DNA of 64,000 nt from Podarcis vaucheri (taxonomy: Eukaryota): NCBI GenBank assembly GCA_965113315.1, contig OZ220363.1; one strand, given 5' to 3'. Below the pieces are notes generated by a model. That model did no database searches. It had not been told where the DNA came from and worked only from the letters and a program-made list of their open reading frames with translations. Shown here in pieces: positions 14,008 to 27,595 of the stretch. Made by a program: the position numbers and the translations under genes. Position 1 is the first letter of the stretch. Each line of letters starts with the position of its first letter.

Positions 14008-17000
14008 CCATGAATGTATGAGCAACAAGAGATACAGCAGTGGATTCACCAACAGGATAGACAATTCGTAAAATGTTTCTGCCACAACAAGGAGTGGAGG
14101 GGCAAGTTTTGAGTTCCTAAGAGATTAAGTCTGAGTACCCAATACCTAGTGCATAATATAATTCCCAATGCTATAAAAATAATAAATTCCTCCATCCCTC
14201 CTAAGGTCTCAAGTTTCAATACTTCTACAAAATGAAGATCTAAAGCATGTGTAGCTTATTCCATAATTCAACATGGCTATAGATGCTGCACCTGCCCAAA
14301 TTCTTCCTCTGCACAACTAGTAAAGGTACAGGAACTCTGACATCTTCCTCACCATACATAGTCATAAATGCCCTACTCTCAGTGAATAATCTTGTGTAGC
14401 ATATTGGCCTCACGTACTAATATGCCAATTCATAATGCTGAGAGCAAAACCAACTCATTTGTGGATAACTTTAATTGTGCAAACACGCACACAGATGACT
14501 AAATCTCAGAAGCAATGCTAGTGCAAAAACTGGAATGCTAACACAATATGCAAGAAATCTTTTTCCTGTTCCTCTTATGGCAAAAAAAATAAGGAAAGAA
14601 AACTGGATTACATAATGGAAACAATTCAGAATAAAAACCAAAAGGCATGGAAAAAAAGGTATAGCTCAGAAGTAGTATGTTGGAGCTGAATCACAGGTCT
14701 TATGCTACTATGTTTGATGGCAGGACAATATTCATGTGGTCAACCCTTGTCCCTCTGATCAAATCTGAAAGCTTAAGACAAGGCATGAGTGAGATGGTTC
14801 CCATATGTTTTTTAACAGGCTGATGTCAAGGTTGATGCGCAATGTCAATTTTATTTTTCTCAGATGAAATGTTGTACTTGACAATACTGGCTGCACAAAA
14901 GCCACATCTACAGCAGTATGGCGAATAAGCATAGTGACATCTTATGACTCTGAATGGCCCATTAGTAAGAGATTTAGCTGCCATGGGCCTGGTTGTCCAC
15001 TATGAAAATATGATGTGCCCATACATATGTAATGCATTATTTTTAAAAGAAGACGTTCAAAGTATCTCCACTTGTTAATAAAATTAACTTCATAAATGGA
15101 TCATTTTTGTCCGGGGAGTCTTAAGAGAGATAGTTCTTTTTTTCAGTTGTGGCAGGGGCTTCTTGTGTCTTTGACTGAGGGGGTGGGATTCCGTTACCAT
15201 AACTAATGTACATTACCAGTTTCAGAATTCTAATTGAGTTTAATACTGTTTCATGTTGCATTGAAGTACAAAATCAATACCATTTGTCCAGCAAAGAGGA
15301 AAAATGGAATCTATAAACTGCTCTTATTGAGTAATTAAACACCTATTATTGTCATGAGTAGTGGAAAAAAATGAATTTGGTAAGATAAATTTTCACAAGA
15401 AAACACTGCAGTGATTAATACCTCCCCACGTATTAAATAAAAATGACTGCCTTTTGTACAGGACTGCTGGCAGAAGAACAGGAATGAGAGAAGTAGTTGC
15501 CAGTACCACAATAACAGGCTAACCTTGAACTGAACTCCTTTCCTCAAGAAATTAAATGCTATAGCAGGACGTTAAATCCCTCCACTTAGAGCTCATTTGT
15601 GTTCCGTGTAACCTGCAGTTCCTGAAGAAAAAACTCATTATCTTCAAAAGGAGAATCCTTTTATAATTTCTTTACAAATGTGCATATTGTTTCTCCAAAA
15701 AAGTATTTCACATTAGAAGGATAAGGGTATTAACAGCATAAGCAAGCAGAGGGAATAAAAGAGAGAGAGAGACTTGCATCATTAAGATACCTTTTCTGTT
15801 TCCTGGACATTCTAACACAGACTACGTAGTGTTACTGGGGGAAATGGGATGTGAATGGGGGTTAATAAAAGTGTACCTTCACAGAAAATTTTTAATCTGT
15901 CAGATTGATCTTAAAATACCTCGATCTCTTTATTGCTCCATGCCTGTTTTCTGCGCGCACAAACACACACAGCCAGCCCCTCCCCCAACATTTATCCTGA
16001 TGGCTGCCTTTACATCCCTATTTTTCTTTTCACTTTCAACGATGCACTAGGAACAACGATCAAGTACAAAAGATGAATCTAGGGATGCGACACTTGTAAA
16101 GGGTAACCCTATTTCACAAGTGTGATGGGACAAAAAAAAAGGAAGGGGGGAAAAAGGCCACTGAAGCAATAACTGCTCACTGAATTACCATTAAATGGTA
16201 AGATTTATAATCCAATGTACAGTAAGTGCATATCTAATGGAGTTTGTCCTTTGAAAGAATATAAAGTAGATCTGCAAGCATACGGATGTATACAGGCTAG
16301 CAGTCATTCCTTGCTAATTTTGTTCTTAAAATTTAGAAACAAAGAATCTGGCCATATTGTATATATGTAAACAACCCAAAGTTTATAACCCAGAGTATAG
16401 TTAATTGTGGTTATGTCCCACTGAAACACATGGAATTGTGCCCAGTGCTGCAAGTGTAAATTAAGGGAATTAGGCATTTGTGCTGTACACTATGGCTTGC
16501 ATTTTCCCATTTCACAATCCAAACAGATTCATTCTTCATAATGGGTAAAAAGGCAGCTTCATCATGACAAGTTAAAATTTTTCTCCACAAAATCATTAAT
16601 AAAATGAGAAGCAATAAATTCAGTATCTCACGTATTGTAAGCCAGAGTGAAGATTGATTCTTCTACCATACCCAAACCACCACACCCCATAGTAAAAATA
16701 ATAACAAAAACTCTACTGTTCTAGCAGAATATCACTTGTAACATGAACTTTGTTGAGATCTATGTTGAAGAAAGAATAGCAATGTGCATTCGCACTGAGT
16801 CATCAGGTCTGCTGGTTAACAGCACTGTAACACCAATATACTTTGCTCTCGTTCGTATCAGGAAGAAAGCAATAAAATGTCTTCACCTTGGACACAACTG
16901 ACTAGGCACTACAGCAATTGCTAATCATTTTGAATTTGTGAGAGGTTTCTGCACAAACCGCATTGAAATTAGCTGAAGTTGCATGGCAGTGTGTGTCTGC

Positions 17001-18265
17001 TGCATTCCCTTCCTTGGAAAACAACATGGCAGTTTGAGCATTTCCTTCTTTAGTCTTTCAGGCACTTGGAGGTTACAGAAGGATAAAAGATCAAACAAGC
17101 CCAGATATAAACATGCTCTTAATATTGGATTTTTTTCTTAAGGGACATTGCAAGACAATCTAAACGAAAAAACAAAGCTAGTCTTACTCTATTTCCTTCT
17201 GGGTTCAAAGGTGGATGGGTTTGTTTGTTGTTTAAACTCCAGCTTCTTTCAAATAGCAAAACTTGAAAATATTATCCTCAGAAAAGGAAAAAATTGCAGC
17301 AAGCAACTTGGCTAATTTGCCTAAAATCAGAGTTACATTTAGAAGAATAACAAACAGTGCCTGCCTTGTACTTTAAAATCTTGCAGAATGAAGTTCAGCA
17401 AAAGGTGAAGTAGCGGAATTAGAAAGATAAGTGGCTGTGTCATTGGAGACTTCTGCATTGGCAGCATCCAAAAACATACCTAAACAAACAGGAGCACTTT
17501 TTCCTTTCATACGTTAGGTTTTTCTCTCACCATCCACAGTGTACTTTTTAATTATTTGTTTTGTTGTTGCAAGTGTATTCTTAGGCTATGCACAAGCAGA
17601 CAAAAACCTGGCATTATCTGAAATAGTTAAAAAGACCTTTTCTACGGTACAGCGAACCACAGAATTTCCAGCCGCTGAGGGAGGCCAGTTGACCACTTAC
17701 ATTCCCCCCCCCCAGCCCGGTGATAAAATTAATGGATTGTTTTGATTCATACAATACTTTTCATGCCTAACTGGGGGAAGCACACAGCTAGAATAAAGGA
17801 GGAGGAAGAACAATCATCCTGAAGAAAGCAGGTTCAATGTAAAGGGAGCTAATTGCAAGATGATTGCATTCTGCAAAACAAGAGGTGCTTGTGGCATTAC
17901 ATACCATCACAAGGGCTAGGCTTTTCCACCCTGCTGCTGCCTCTAAACAAGCTGATTTGCTAACAAAGTGGTCAGCACTCGCTCAGCATCTCAGTAGGTC
18001 CACTGCCGGCTGCTTTCCCAAGCAGAGAATCTCAAGCACCATTTTCCAATCTGATTACACGGCTCCTTATTCCGGCAGCCTTAAACCTTCATGGCAGTTT
18101 ACCAACATTTTCATCCCCCCCCCTTTTTTTTTTTACAAAGCAAAAGGACTGATAAGCTCTCAGGTACCCAGGATTTCATAGTCGATGGCTGGCAGCCAGC
18201 CAGCCAGCTTCATTCACCACACAAAACTCCATCAACATCACATTACGGTTGGAAAAAGAAAGGTG

Positions 18266-18268
<3 letters not shown>

Positions 18269-18305
<37 letters not shown>
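18269..18305. repeat. (GT)n microsatellite
   Basis: Directly visible. Confidence 0.95.
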
Positions 18306-18307
<2 letters not shown>

Positions 18308-18990
18308 AAAGCCTTGTAGTCCCAATCCCTGGCATGCTTACTTTGAAGTAAATCTCACTAAAATGCTTAAACTCAAAGCTTCAAATTTGCTAGAGCTAGA
18401 AGGGATGGAGATGGATTGAAGGATTGGCAGCCAGAGAAGGGATGATGACACCACATTAGAATTATGCAATATAGAAAGCACCTACAAGATTTGACTATGT
18501 GTAAACTGTTCCTTTTCATTTGTCACATCTATGCCATAACAAGCGCTTGTGAGAACACTGCAGCCTGAAAGTATTTATTGGAAAAACAAAACAGAGTACA
18601 TCTTTTTATATATATTAAAAAGCCCTTTTAAAAAGCCACAAGGCCTCAAGAGGTTGGTTGGTCCTTGTTGCACTACAATAAAATTAAAATAGTTCACAAC
18701 TTTCTCTAATGAATTTAAATATTACACTATTTAGATGAATAATGAACTTCGAATGTGTGAGCTATTAAAAAGCCATTAAAAACAACCACAAAATGCATTA
18801 GTACATTTAAACCGCATATTGTGTAAGGAAAAGAAAAACAAGTCTACAGTGAAATTATCTGCATGTTTACTCAGAAGTTAGCTCCACATGGAGCTTGCTT
18901 CCATTTGAGTGTTTATATATAGAATGGCAACCATACTTGATCAAGCAGGAGTCAAGTATGTATCTGATGCAGGCAATTTTAGTTGTATTC

Positions 18991-19039
<49 letters not shown>
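18991..19039. repeat. (ATAG)n / GATA tetranucleotide microsatellite
   Basis: About 12 perfect units. Confidence 0.95.
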
Positions 19040-20255
19040 CAGATCAGAGGGAAGACAATGTTTACGAGAGATTTTGTTTTTACAAAATAGAATTACGTAA
19101 ATTCCATTAAAATTAAATAAACCACAAGCTGCCAGACTAGTAATAGCAACTCTCCTGCCATAGGTCTTCTATCCTTACATGAAGAAGCAACCAACAAAAA
19201 CAAGGGCAGTGTGAAAGCAGAGCACAAGAGCTCTTTTGTAAGCAAAATGTCCAATATCTTCTACATTTCCTGCCAGAAATCAGTTATCAGCCCAAGTGAA
19301 AATTGGGGGTGGGGTGCTTCTATTTAACTTCCCATAAAACACAATTTATTATAAAGGGGGAGAAACAGGGAGTTGGTGTGGCCAGAGAGAAAATAAGGAA
19401 ATGTACAACTAAGCTGGTGCGATGGCTCAGTACTCCAGATCAGCAGTGCATTGACCCTCTGTATCTCTGAGTCATTAGCTAGAATCCCAGCTCTGCCTTC
19501 AGGAGTAGGGAATTGAACTCACACACTGATGTGGGGAGATTCAGGATCTTGAGCATGCCAGACAGAAGGGTCATTCTCCGTGATGAGGAGGACGGTTGCC
19601 CCCCTGGGGAGGGAAAAAACTGGATGAGTGATTGTCGCACGATTCAAGCAATGGACATGCTGCTGACTCAGGGATGGACACTGACAGGCACCAATGCGTC
19701 AGGCCAGCTTGCTCCTAGTGGGAGTTGTTTTAGGGCACTAGTGCTGACAGGTACATGCAAAAGTCAAGGGGAAATAATATACATATACATGGTGTGTTTT
19801 ACATCTCTATTTATACACCAACAGCAAGGACACACATACAATCAAGTCTATGTGAATGAGAGTAGAAGTGGAGCACTGGCTTCTTCTGTTTAGCACATAC
19901 AAAGCTCATGTTAAGCATTCATCTGTAGTGTGTGCTTGTGTTTTTTTCCGCATTAGACATTTAAGTCTGACACCCTGGTATGCGTGCATATATTATGCAC
20001 ACGTGTAATTTGCATATGTGTAGTATCATGCATAAATGACAGCCAATTTAAAATGCCATTCTCTAATTTATATGCAAATTCTACCTCTGATAAAATAAAA
20101 TAAAACATATTTTAAAAGCAGCTTATAATGCTAACACATTATTCCCATGAATGATTCTCAGTAAACTACATATGCTGACTGCAGGGCTCTTTTTTATTAT
20201 TAAATGATTTATTGGATAGAGAACGAACCCACTTAAACTACAGTGATTCGCATGA

Positions 20256-20435
20256 NNNNNNNNNNNNNNNNNNNNNNNNNNNNNNNNNNNNNNNNNNNNN
20301 NNNNNNNNNNNNNNNNNNNNNNNNNNNNNNNNNNNNNNNNNNNNNNNNNNNNNNNNNNNNNNNNNNNNNNNNNNNNNNNNNNNNNNNNNNNNNNNNNNNN
20401 NNNNNNNNNNNNNNNNNNNNNNNNNNNNNNNNNNN
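20256..20435. other. N-run, 180 nt
   Basis: Directly visible. Confidence 0.99.
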
Positions 20436-21959
20436 CACCAGGGAATTGTGTACTCCAACCTATTCCCAGTTTGCTTACAGATGCAAATATGCACTCCTCT
20501 CTTTTAACTACTAGAGTGTGGAGATGGAAGTTTACACAAACCACATCAGTTGTGTAAAAACAATGACGGGATTTTCAAAAGTTTTAAAGCGAAAGCTGAT
20601 TTACACATTTGAATTGATGTGAATATAAAAGATAGAACACTTTCAGAAACGCTGAAAAACCAAATCAATAGAATTACTATATCCGAAACAGATCAATGAA
20701 GGGAAAATAACAGAAAATATTTCAAGCTAAAAGCCAAATATTTTTCAGAGGACTATCCTCACAGCCCTACAGATATAAATGTTTAGACTGTGATCTTCTG
20801 CCCAGCTACACACAAACAGCCGCCTTCCTATGGAAATGTTTAAAAATACATTTCCAAAAAGATCCATTTCTAAAAGGCTAAACGTGAACTATTGGGGCAC
20901 AACTAAAACATAAACCCTATTTGGGTTGCAACTATTATTGTCTTTTATCATTTCTTTATTTCAGCCTGGATATCTGCATCTGAAATTTGTCAGAATTTAT
21001 CCTAAAGCAAGTGCCCTCTCCTGTGTCTATCCAAGGAATACAAGTCTTGTCTCCTCACAATTAACAGACCTTGTCTGCTGCTGCATCTCACTCCCCCCAC
21101 CCCCTGAATGAGCATAGGCTTAAAAAAAGAAAACCCCAACACATACTGTATTTGCTGCTAGGCACTTAAATAGTTGTCTCGTCCATTTTAGTAGAACACT
21201 GTACTATCCATGAAGCAACGCTTTCCCACTCTCCATCACTGTATTACACAGAGTTAAATGCTGCAAGCCAGAATAAGGATCATCAAATGGTCTAAAAATG
21301 TATGCTACACAAAGGCCTTAAAACACGCACACAGTTCAGATCCGGCCTGGTATAGTCAATGTCCATGATATTATTACATAAAGACTAAATAAGCATGTCT
21401 GCGTTGCTAAACTGCATTGTGAAGATAAGTGTACGTAACAAACGTGGGGGTAGGGAGGGGCGTATTCCACAGCGTATTTGCCTTATTAAAAACAACATAT
21501 ACAAGCAACATATACTAACAAGTGTATATTTAATGTCAGAATCATCTAATTTTTATGTTTCACTAAAGCACAAATTGTTTAGTTCTTAAAATTATGAACA
21601 AATTATTTTTCTACTAGTAGTAGATCCAGTTAGACAAACAGTATCCTGAAGGACAATTCATTTCACAGAAAATATGCTGAGTGCTGAAACAAATCATTTT
21701 TATTTACCTCAATGCTAAAAATAAAATTTCAACATCCCTGCCATTTTAATCAACTGTGTATCTAAGACTATCCTACACTTTCCATCCACGTCCGAGGCCC
21801 ACATTAATCAGGTGTTAATTTTTTAAAAAATATATGCTCTAGCTGTTTGGAGTTCATTCAAGGTATTTCATTAGGAGCTTATTCGTTGAAAATAAACATT
21901 CCAGCCATATCAAGTTTAACCCTTAGTGAAATGTGAATGAATGCTTTAAATGAGAAGAT

Positions 21960-22316
21960 NNNNNNNNNNNNNNNNNNNNNNNNNNNNNNNNNNNNNNNNN
22001 NNNNNNNNNNNNNNNNNNNNNNNNNNNNNNNNNNNNNNNNNNNNNNNNNNNNNNNNNNNNNNNNNNNNNNNNNNNNNNNNNNNNNNNNNNNNNNNNNNNN
22101 NNNNNNNNNNNNNNNNNNNNNNNNNNNNNNNNNNNNNNNNNNNNNNNNNNNNNNNNNNNNNNNNNNNNNNNNNNNNNNNNNNNNNNNNNNNNNNNNNNNN
22201 NNNNNNNNNNNNNNNNNNNNNNNNNNNNNNNNNNNNNNNNNNNNNNNNNNNNNNNNNNNNNNNNNNNNNNNNNNNNNNNNNNNNNNNNNNNNNNNNNNNN
22301 NNNNNNNNNNNNNNNN
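21960..22316. other. N-run, 357 nt
   Basis: Directly visible. Confidence 0.99.
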
Positions 22317-22603
22317 GGGAAAACAGCACAGCTCAGAAGAAATGGGATTTGTTCCATTTGCATGATGCTGGCTCCCTTGGGCCCCTTTCTTTCAAATCCA
22401 CAGCACAAAAGACAACACTTAACATATTTGCTTAAAGATGACAACCTCATGTTGATTTCATTTGGATGTAACAGTGTCAGGATTACAGATATGAGAATAT
22501 ATTATATCCGTAACAGAGACTGACAAATGTATACATCAGTAGAACTGTCTGATTCATCTGCTTATACAGCCATTTTGCCATCCCAAGGGTTCCATCTAAG
22601 TAG

Positions 22604-22743
22604 NNNNNNNNNNNNNNNNNNNNNNNNNNNNNNNNNNNNNNNNNNNNNNNNNNNNNNNNNNNNNNNNNNNNNNNNNNNNNNNNNNNNNNNNNNNNNNNNN
22701 NNNNNNNNNNNNNNNNNNNNNNNNNNNNNNNNNNNNNNNNNNN
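22604..22743. other. N-run, 140 nt
   Basis: Directly visible. Confidence 0.99.
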
Positions 22744-24851
22744 TAGATCCCTCTGGACTCAATATATTGCTGGTTTTAAGCAACTTTCATTCTATATCAT
22801 CAAAACTAAGATCAAAATAAACCAACAGCATATTTAAAACAAAAAACAAAAAAACCAAATGTAGATTTTTTAAAAGTACCCATTTTAAAAAGTGTGCTTT
22901 AATCCAATAAAAAAAACCATAAATGTCACTTGATAAGTACATTAAGCTTACTTGGCCACTTAAAGGAATGTGTAGCACAATATCCCGGAATTCACACACC
23001 AGCACGTAAATATTTCGATAGTAGTAGTAACACATTATTGCATTGTACTCCCTTATATTTGGACTTCCAAAAGTGCTTTGTCTTTTTATTTTAAGGTATT
23101 CCTCGATGTGTATATATTTATATCTAAAAACAGACCAGCAACTAGTCTTTAAAGATGCACAATACTACAGAAATGTTGATGTCAACAGACATGCACATGT
23201 CTCTGCGGCTCCCTTCTGCGTATGATTTTATAGATCAACCCCACCCCTTTCTGATCAAATTAAGCAGTTAGGTAATGGTTTCACTCCATTTCAAAATGCA
23301 TTACTTTGAATTGTGTATAGGGGCTTGTTCGTTCTTTCGTTCGTTCTCTCTCTCTATCCCTCCCTCTCTTTCTTTCTCTCCCGCGCCACCCCCTCCCACC
23401 ACACAAAGTGACTAGGCATAATGAAATGCTGGCTGCATGTCTTTGTCCAGAGGAACTCTAAACTGCTTGTTGCTATTTGCTGGCACACAAGAACTGCAAC
23501 ATAATTCACTAGATTGGAGCTGTTTTGTAAAATGGAGTTAACTGCTGTACGTGGAATTTCAGCCCTGAAGATGGTTATGAATCATTATTTTCAATTTGTT
23601 TAGTTTCACATAAGGAAAGGAGTATGGGGAGGGGGGAGCAAGATCAAAATATATGCCGAGGTTGCAGGGCGAGGGGGTTAGTGTACTGGTTTGCAGTAAC
23701 ACAGCATTAAAATAATCTAGTACAAAGTACAAACCTCGTTAAAAAACGCTGAGTATATAACCCCACCTCCTTCTCTTCTTGCATTTTTAAGAAGTTGTTC
23801 ATTGATCAGAATATTCAGTCCTAAAATCTGGACCACATACAATTTTTGTTTGTTTTGTTTTGGAAATGGGATTGTAAGGTCTCTAAAAGCAAAGTCATCC
23901 TCTGTCACATTTGCCATCACTGAAGCCAAAATCATTCTATTCCATAAGTGGCTCAGTTGTCTGAGTGTAAATGGAACATAAAGCATTTATGGACAAGTGC
24001 ATATGGACAGAAATTGAGCTGTAAATATATAGGCAGGGCGAATATTGGAGCCTAGAAACATCTGGGGCTGAAACACAAGATGTGAGACTTATTCTGAAAG
24101 TGGCCACTTAATTGCACAGTTGATTTATACACTTGCTGTTTCGATTAAACAGAATATTAGAAATTTCCTGAAGAGAAATACAGAAAGTGAATGCTTTAGT
24201 AAGGATGATTATGTTTCGATCTCATTGCAGAATAGGTGAAGGGGGGGGTGGGAAATGGCACTCTCTCTAACACTTCTTTAGAAAACAAATGAAGCATTTC
24301 TACTTCAAGGACAAACACTTAAAAGCTTTTCTAAATTCAAACCAAAAGCATTATTCTACAAAAGGTGCAGCCACCAAGCTTCAGTGTTTGAGAGTATCCT
24401 TAAAGCATACTTTGAGCAGTTAAATGATTAAATAGCTTCACTTTTTAAAAAAATCTACATTTGATTATGTTGTTCAAAAGGCATCAACAGAATTAATGCA
24501 CTTATCAGCATACTTATTAGTATTTCATTCTGGAGAGTTGATTCATTTGATTCTGGTGCCACATTATCACAGCTGCCATCAGAGGCATTCAGACATGCCT
24601 TCTTCCTAAGCAGTATTAAGGGGGCCATGAAGACCCTCTTGGTTCGAAAAGCCTCTGCCCTTCTTCACGGCAAAAGAGCCTAAAAAGAAAAGCTGTAAAA
24701 GCCATCTATTCAATAGGGTAGCTTAGAAAGATTAAGGGTTTGGGCTTTTAGGCAAGGGTGGTATATACTGTCAATCATCCACTGGGTTGAAGCTTAATTT
24801 TCTCACTGGATTATATTTTCGGATTTAGCAATTAAAATATTGCCAAAGCAG

Positions 24852-25230
24852 TATAAGATTACATGAACTGCTTGCTGGACCAGAAGAAAGGTCCTTTTAG
24901 CATTCTCGGCTCCAACTGTGGCTAACCAGATGCTCCAAGGATACTCATGAAGGCATGTTGGAAAGAGCTGTGCATTGATGTCGTCCCCCCACCCCCGCAT
25001 AATACTGTCTCTGAAATATGAATATCTAATTCTTAGCTCTTATGCTGACAGCTAGGTCTATCCTCCATGAATTTCCCTTACTCTCTTTGAAAGCAGGTTA
25101 GCAGCAAGCACCACTCATGTGGCAGTGAGTTCTGTAAGTTCTGTGGAAGTAGTTTATTTTGTTTCTCCTGAACCTACTGCTAATAACAGATTTTGATGGC
25201 CCTAAATTTTGTAGATTGCAAGAGAAAATC
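24852..25230 (-). mobile_element. Old CR1 LINE 3' fragment
   Basis: Degenerate match to the reptile CR1 3' end (ataag..acat...tgctggaccag...gtggctaaccagatgc...tcctccatgaattt...tgtggcagtgagttc). Confidence 0.62.
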
Positions 25231-25316
25231 TGAAACCGCGAGATGTAACCATGACATTTCAAATCAACTGTATAGTGAAGCAATCACAATTCTTATTTCT
25301 AGCACTCTGTTTAAAG

Positions 25317-25439
25317 CAGGGATGGGGACCTGTATGGTGTTAAGTTTCCCAATTCGTATCAGTCCCAGCCACTGTGGCCAATAGTCAGAGGTGTTTCTTG
25401 CCCTGAAACATCTAGAGGGGACCAGTTTTCCCACTTCTG
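25317..25439. mobile_element. hAT (Charlie-type) MITE
   Basis: Ends CAGGGATGGGGACCTG ... CAGTTTTCCCACTTCTG; 8-bp flanks gtttaaag / aattaaag. Related fragments at ~2177-2245, 49865-49960, 51245-51370, 52200-52280, 59250-59370. Confidence 0.7.
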
Positions 25440-25805
25440 AATTAAAGGAGGCTATTTGAAGAACGTGCAAGTCTAACAGAAATGGTGTAGAAACAACCTT
25501 CTGACTTGGGTAATACCAAGTCAGCAAAATGTCACAATAATGTGGCAAGCTTCTGAGTTTTCCAGAACTTTTCATCAGGAAAGACACAAAACAAAGGTTG
25601 AGGGACAAGAAAATTTTGGCTAGATGTTGTAGCCATGAGGCCAGCTTGTAGAGTTGGTAAGTACCTCCCAGATACTACAGATATTAGGTTACACATCTTA
25701 GGGGCAACCTCTCTTCAGGAAACAAACAATACCAATAATTATCTGTGATCCCAAGAACTCATCCCCTAGGAAGGAATGAAACCTTAATATTCAAAAGGAA
25801 GTATG

Positions 25806-26056
25806 GCCCTACTCAGGCATTTGATTGAATATATGTGGGCCTAAAGTGGATTGGGGTTGGGACATGCATGCAAGTTCCACCACTAACATAACATATCTAT
25901 GTATGCCGGCTCCACTTTCAGCCTTCATGTGTTAAGCATGAAGAGATATCCATTTGCTCAATATGTGAAGGTCAGAAGTGGAGCCAGCACATGCAATGGT
26001 GTTGGGCTTGCCTGCGTGCCTCCAGCCCTCTCCACTGCAGAATACCTGAGTAGGGC
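25806..26056. repeat. ~250-bp imperfect inverted repeat (probably a decayed palindromic MITE)
   Basis: Outer arms gccctactcaggcatt / aatacctgagtagggc; inner arms ggctccactttcagccttca / tgaaggtcagaagtggagcc. Confidence 0.75.
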
Positions 26057-27234
26057 TTAGATGCAGTGGGGGGTGAGGACCTCTTTCTCCACAAGGCCAA
26101 GTCAATGGGTTTATGTTGCTCATTCTGGAGAGCAAGTGCCATTGCTTTCTTATGACACAATGCCATCCCAACACCCATAATTTCTGCTCATAATTGCCGA
26201 TAACATTTCAAAGCCCAATACTTAGCTTAACTACTCACTTTTAGGAGAGGTACACAAGGCTGCAAAGGAGTGGCTGTAGTGTGACTCACTTGTTAAGTGA
26301 GTGTATGAGATACAAACACAGCTGCACACATATGCTGATTGCCCAGGGGGTGGGGAGAGATCTTCATCCCTTAGGTAAGTATTTCTGAACTTTTTGAATA
26401 CACCCCTCCCCTCCTATACTCCTATACCAATCATTTGGTGTCCTATGTGCAGACATCTCTGAATGAAGTTGTGTGCACATAGCCTGCTCCAGAACATGAT
26501 TCTCTGCAGACTGAGAAGGTAGAGCCACTGCAGCATTGGAAGGAGAACAGAGTAAGAGATCTGATCCCTCCCTATAAAAACCAAGCATTGAGAAAGATAA
26601 ACATGAAGCAGGAGTTCTTTCTATTCTCCTTTCTTCTCAGCTCACATTAGAAGTATGGATTTAAACTCAACATATTTCCATTGGCCCAATATGAATCCAT
26701 CATTATTTTGCTTGTGGCATAAAACTTTTTCACCAGACACAAAATATACACCTTTGGATATTTCCAGCCAAAGTTCAACTGGAAGAATATGGTCCTATGA
26801 ACAAAACACTTATCAATGGTGTGCTTATCAAATGATACGGGTGGTGTATTATATAATCAGAGTAAGGCTACGTCTACCAAACTGAAAATAACTGATCAGT
26901 GAACTGAAACTTTCCTTTCCATCGTCGCTCTTACTCATCTCCTACCCCACCCCCTGCAAGCTCTCCATAGTTTACTTACCAACCTGTGCAGGTCTACTTC
27001 AGCTGAGTTTTTCAGGATGCTTGTGTACCATTCCTTTCCTAAGAGAGTATGGAATGTTGCCTTATACAGTACACTCCAGCAAAATTACCATCCTTTCTTT
27101 TAATGCATCCTTGTCTATATTTATGCACATCATGGTGACCCAGAAGAGGCCAGAACGGAGCAGGCTTATGCATGTTCCACCATCATACATAATGACCCAG
27201 AACACAACCCGCGTGCAAACAGGTTGCCTGTACT

Positions 27235-27595
27235 AGGAATTCACTTAGTAAATTCAGATAATTCAAGCCCGGTCTGAAACGCGAGATAATGGCCGCATCA
27301 TCAGCATACAACAACAAAGGGGTCCTTCTCATTCCTATTTTTGGAATGTGTCCATCTGGGTCCATTAAGTTCTCTTCTAGGTCATTTAAGAATAGACAAA
27401 ACAATGTGGGGGCCAAAATACAACCCTGTCTCACCCCCCCCTAGTCATCTTGATGCTGTTCGATAGCTGTCCCTGTCGACCGCATCGGACCTGCAGTTTA
27501 GTTCCATTGTACAGGGCTTTTATAAGAAAGAGAAGTCGTTTGTCCTGCAAAATCAGACTCAATTTGGACCATAGCTGGGATCTGGGGATGGAGCG
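27235..27595 (-). mobile_element. Non-LTR retrotransposon reverse-transcriptase fragment (RTE-X-like)
   Basis: SIPRSQLWSKL...DKRLLFLIKALY...QVRCG...(frameshift in G-run)VRQGCILAPTLFCLFLNDL...LLLYADDAAIIS, with the RT motifs QG and YADD. Confidence 0.85.

Noticed and set aside
14740-14800. Faint resemblance to a 5S rRNA-derived (AmnSINE1-like) head
   Set aside because: Match too short and degenerate to support without a profile search.
13805-22820. ORFs made largely of X residues (also at 44.8-46.4 kb and 56.6 kb)
   Set aside because: Artefacts of N-runs lacking stop codons.
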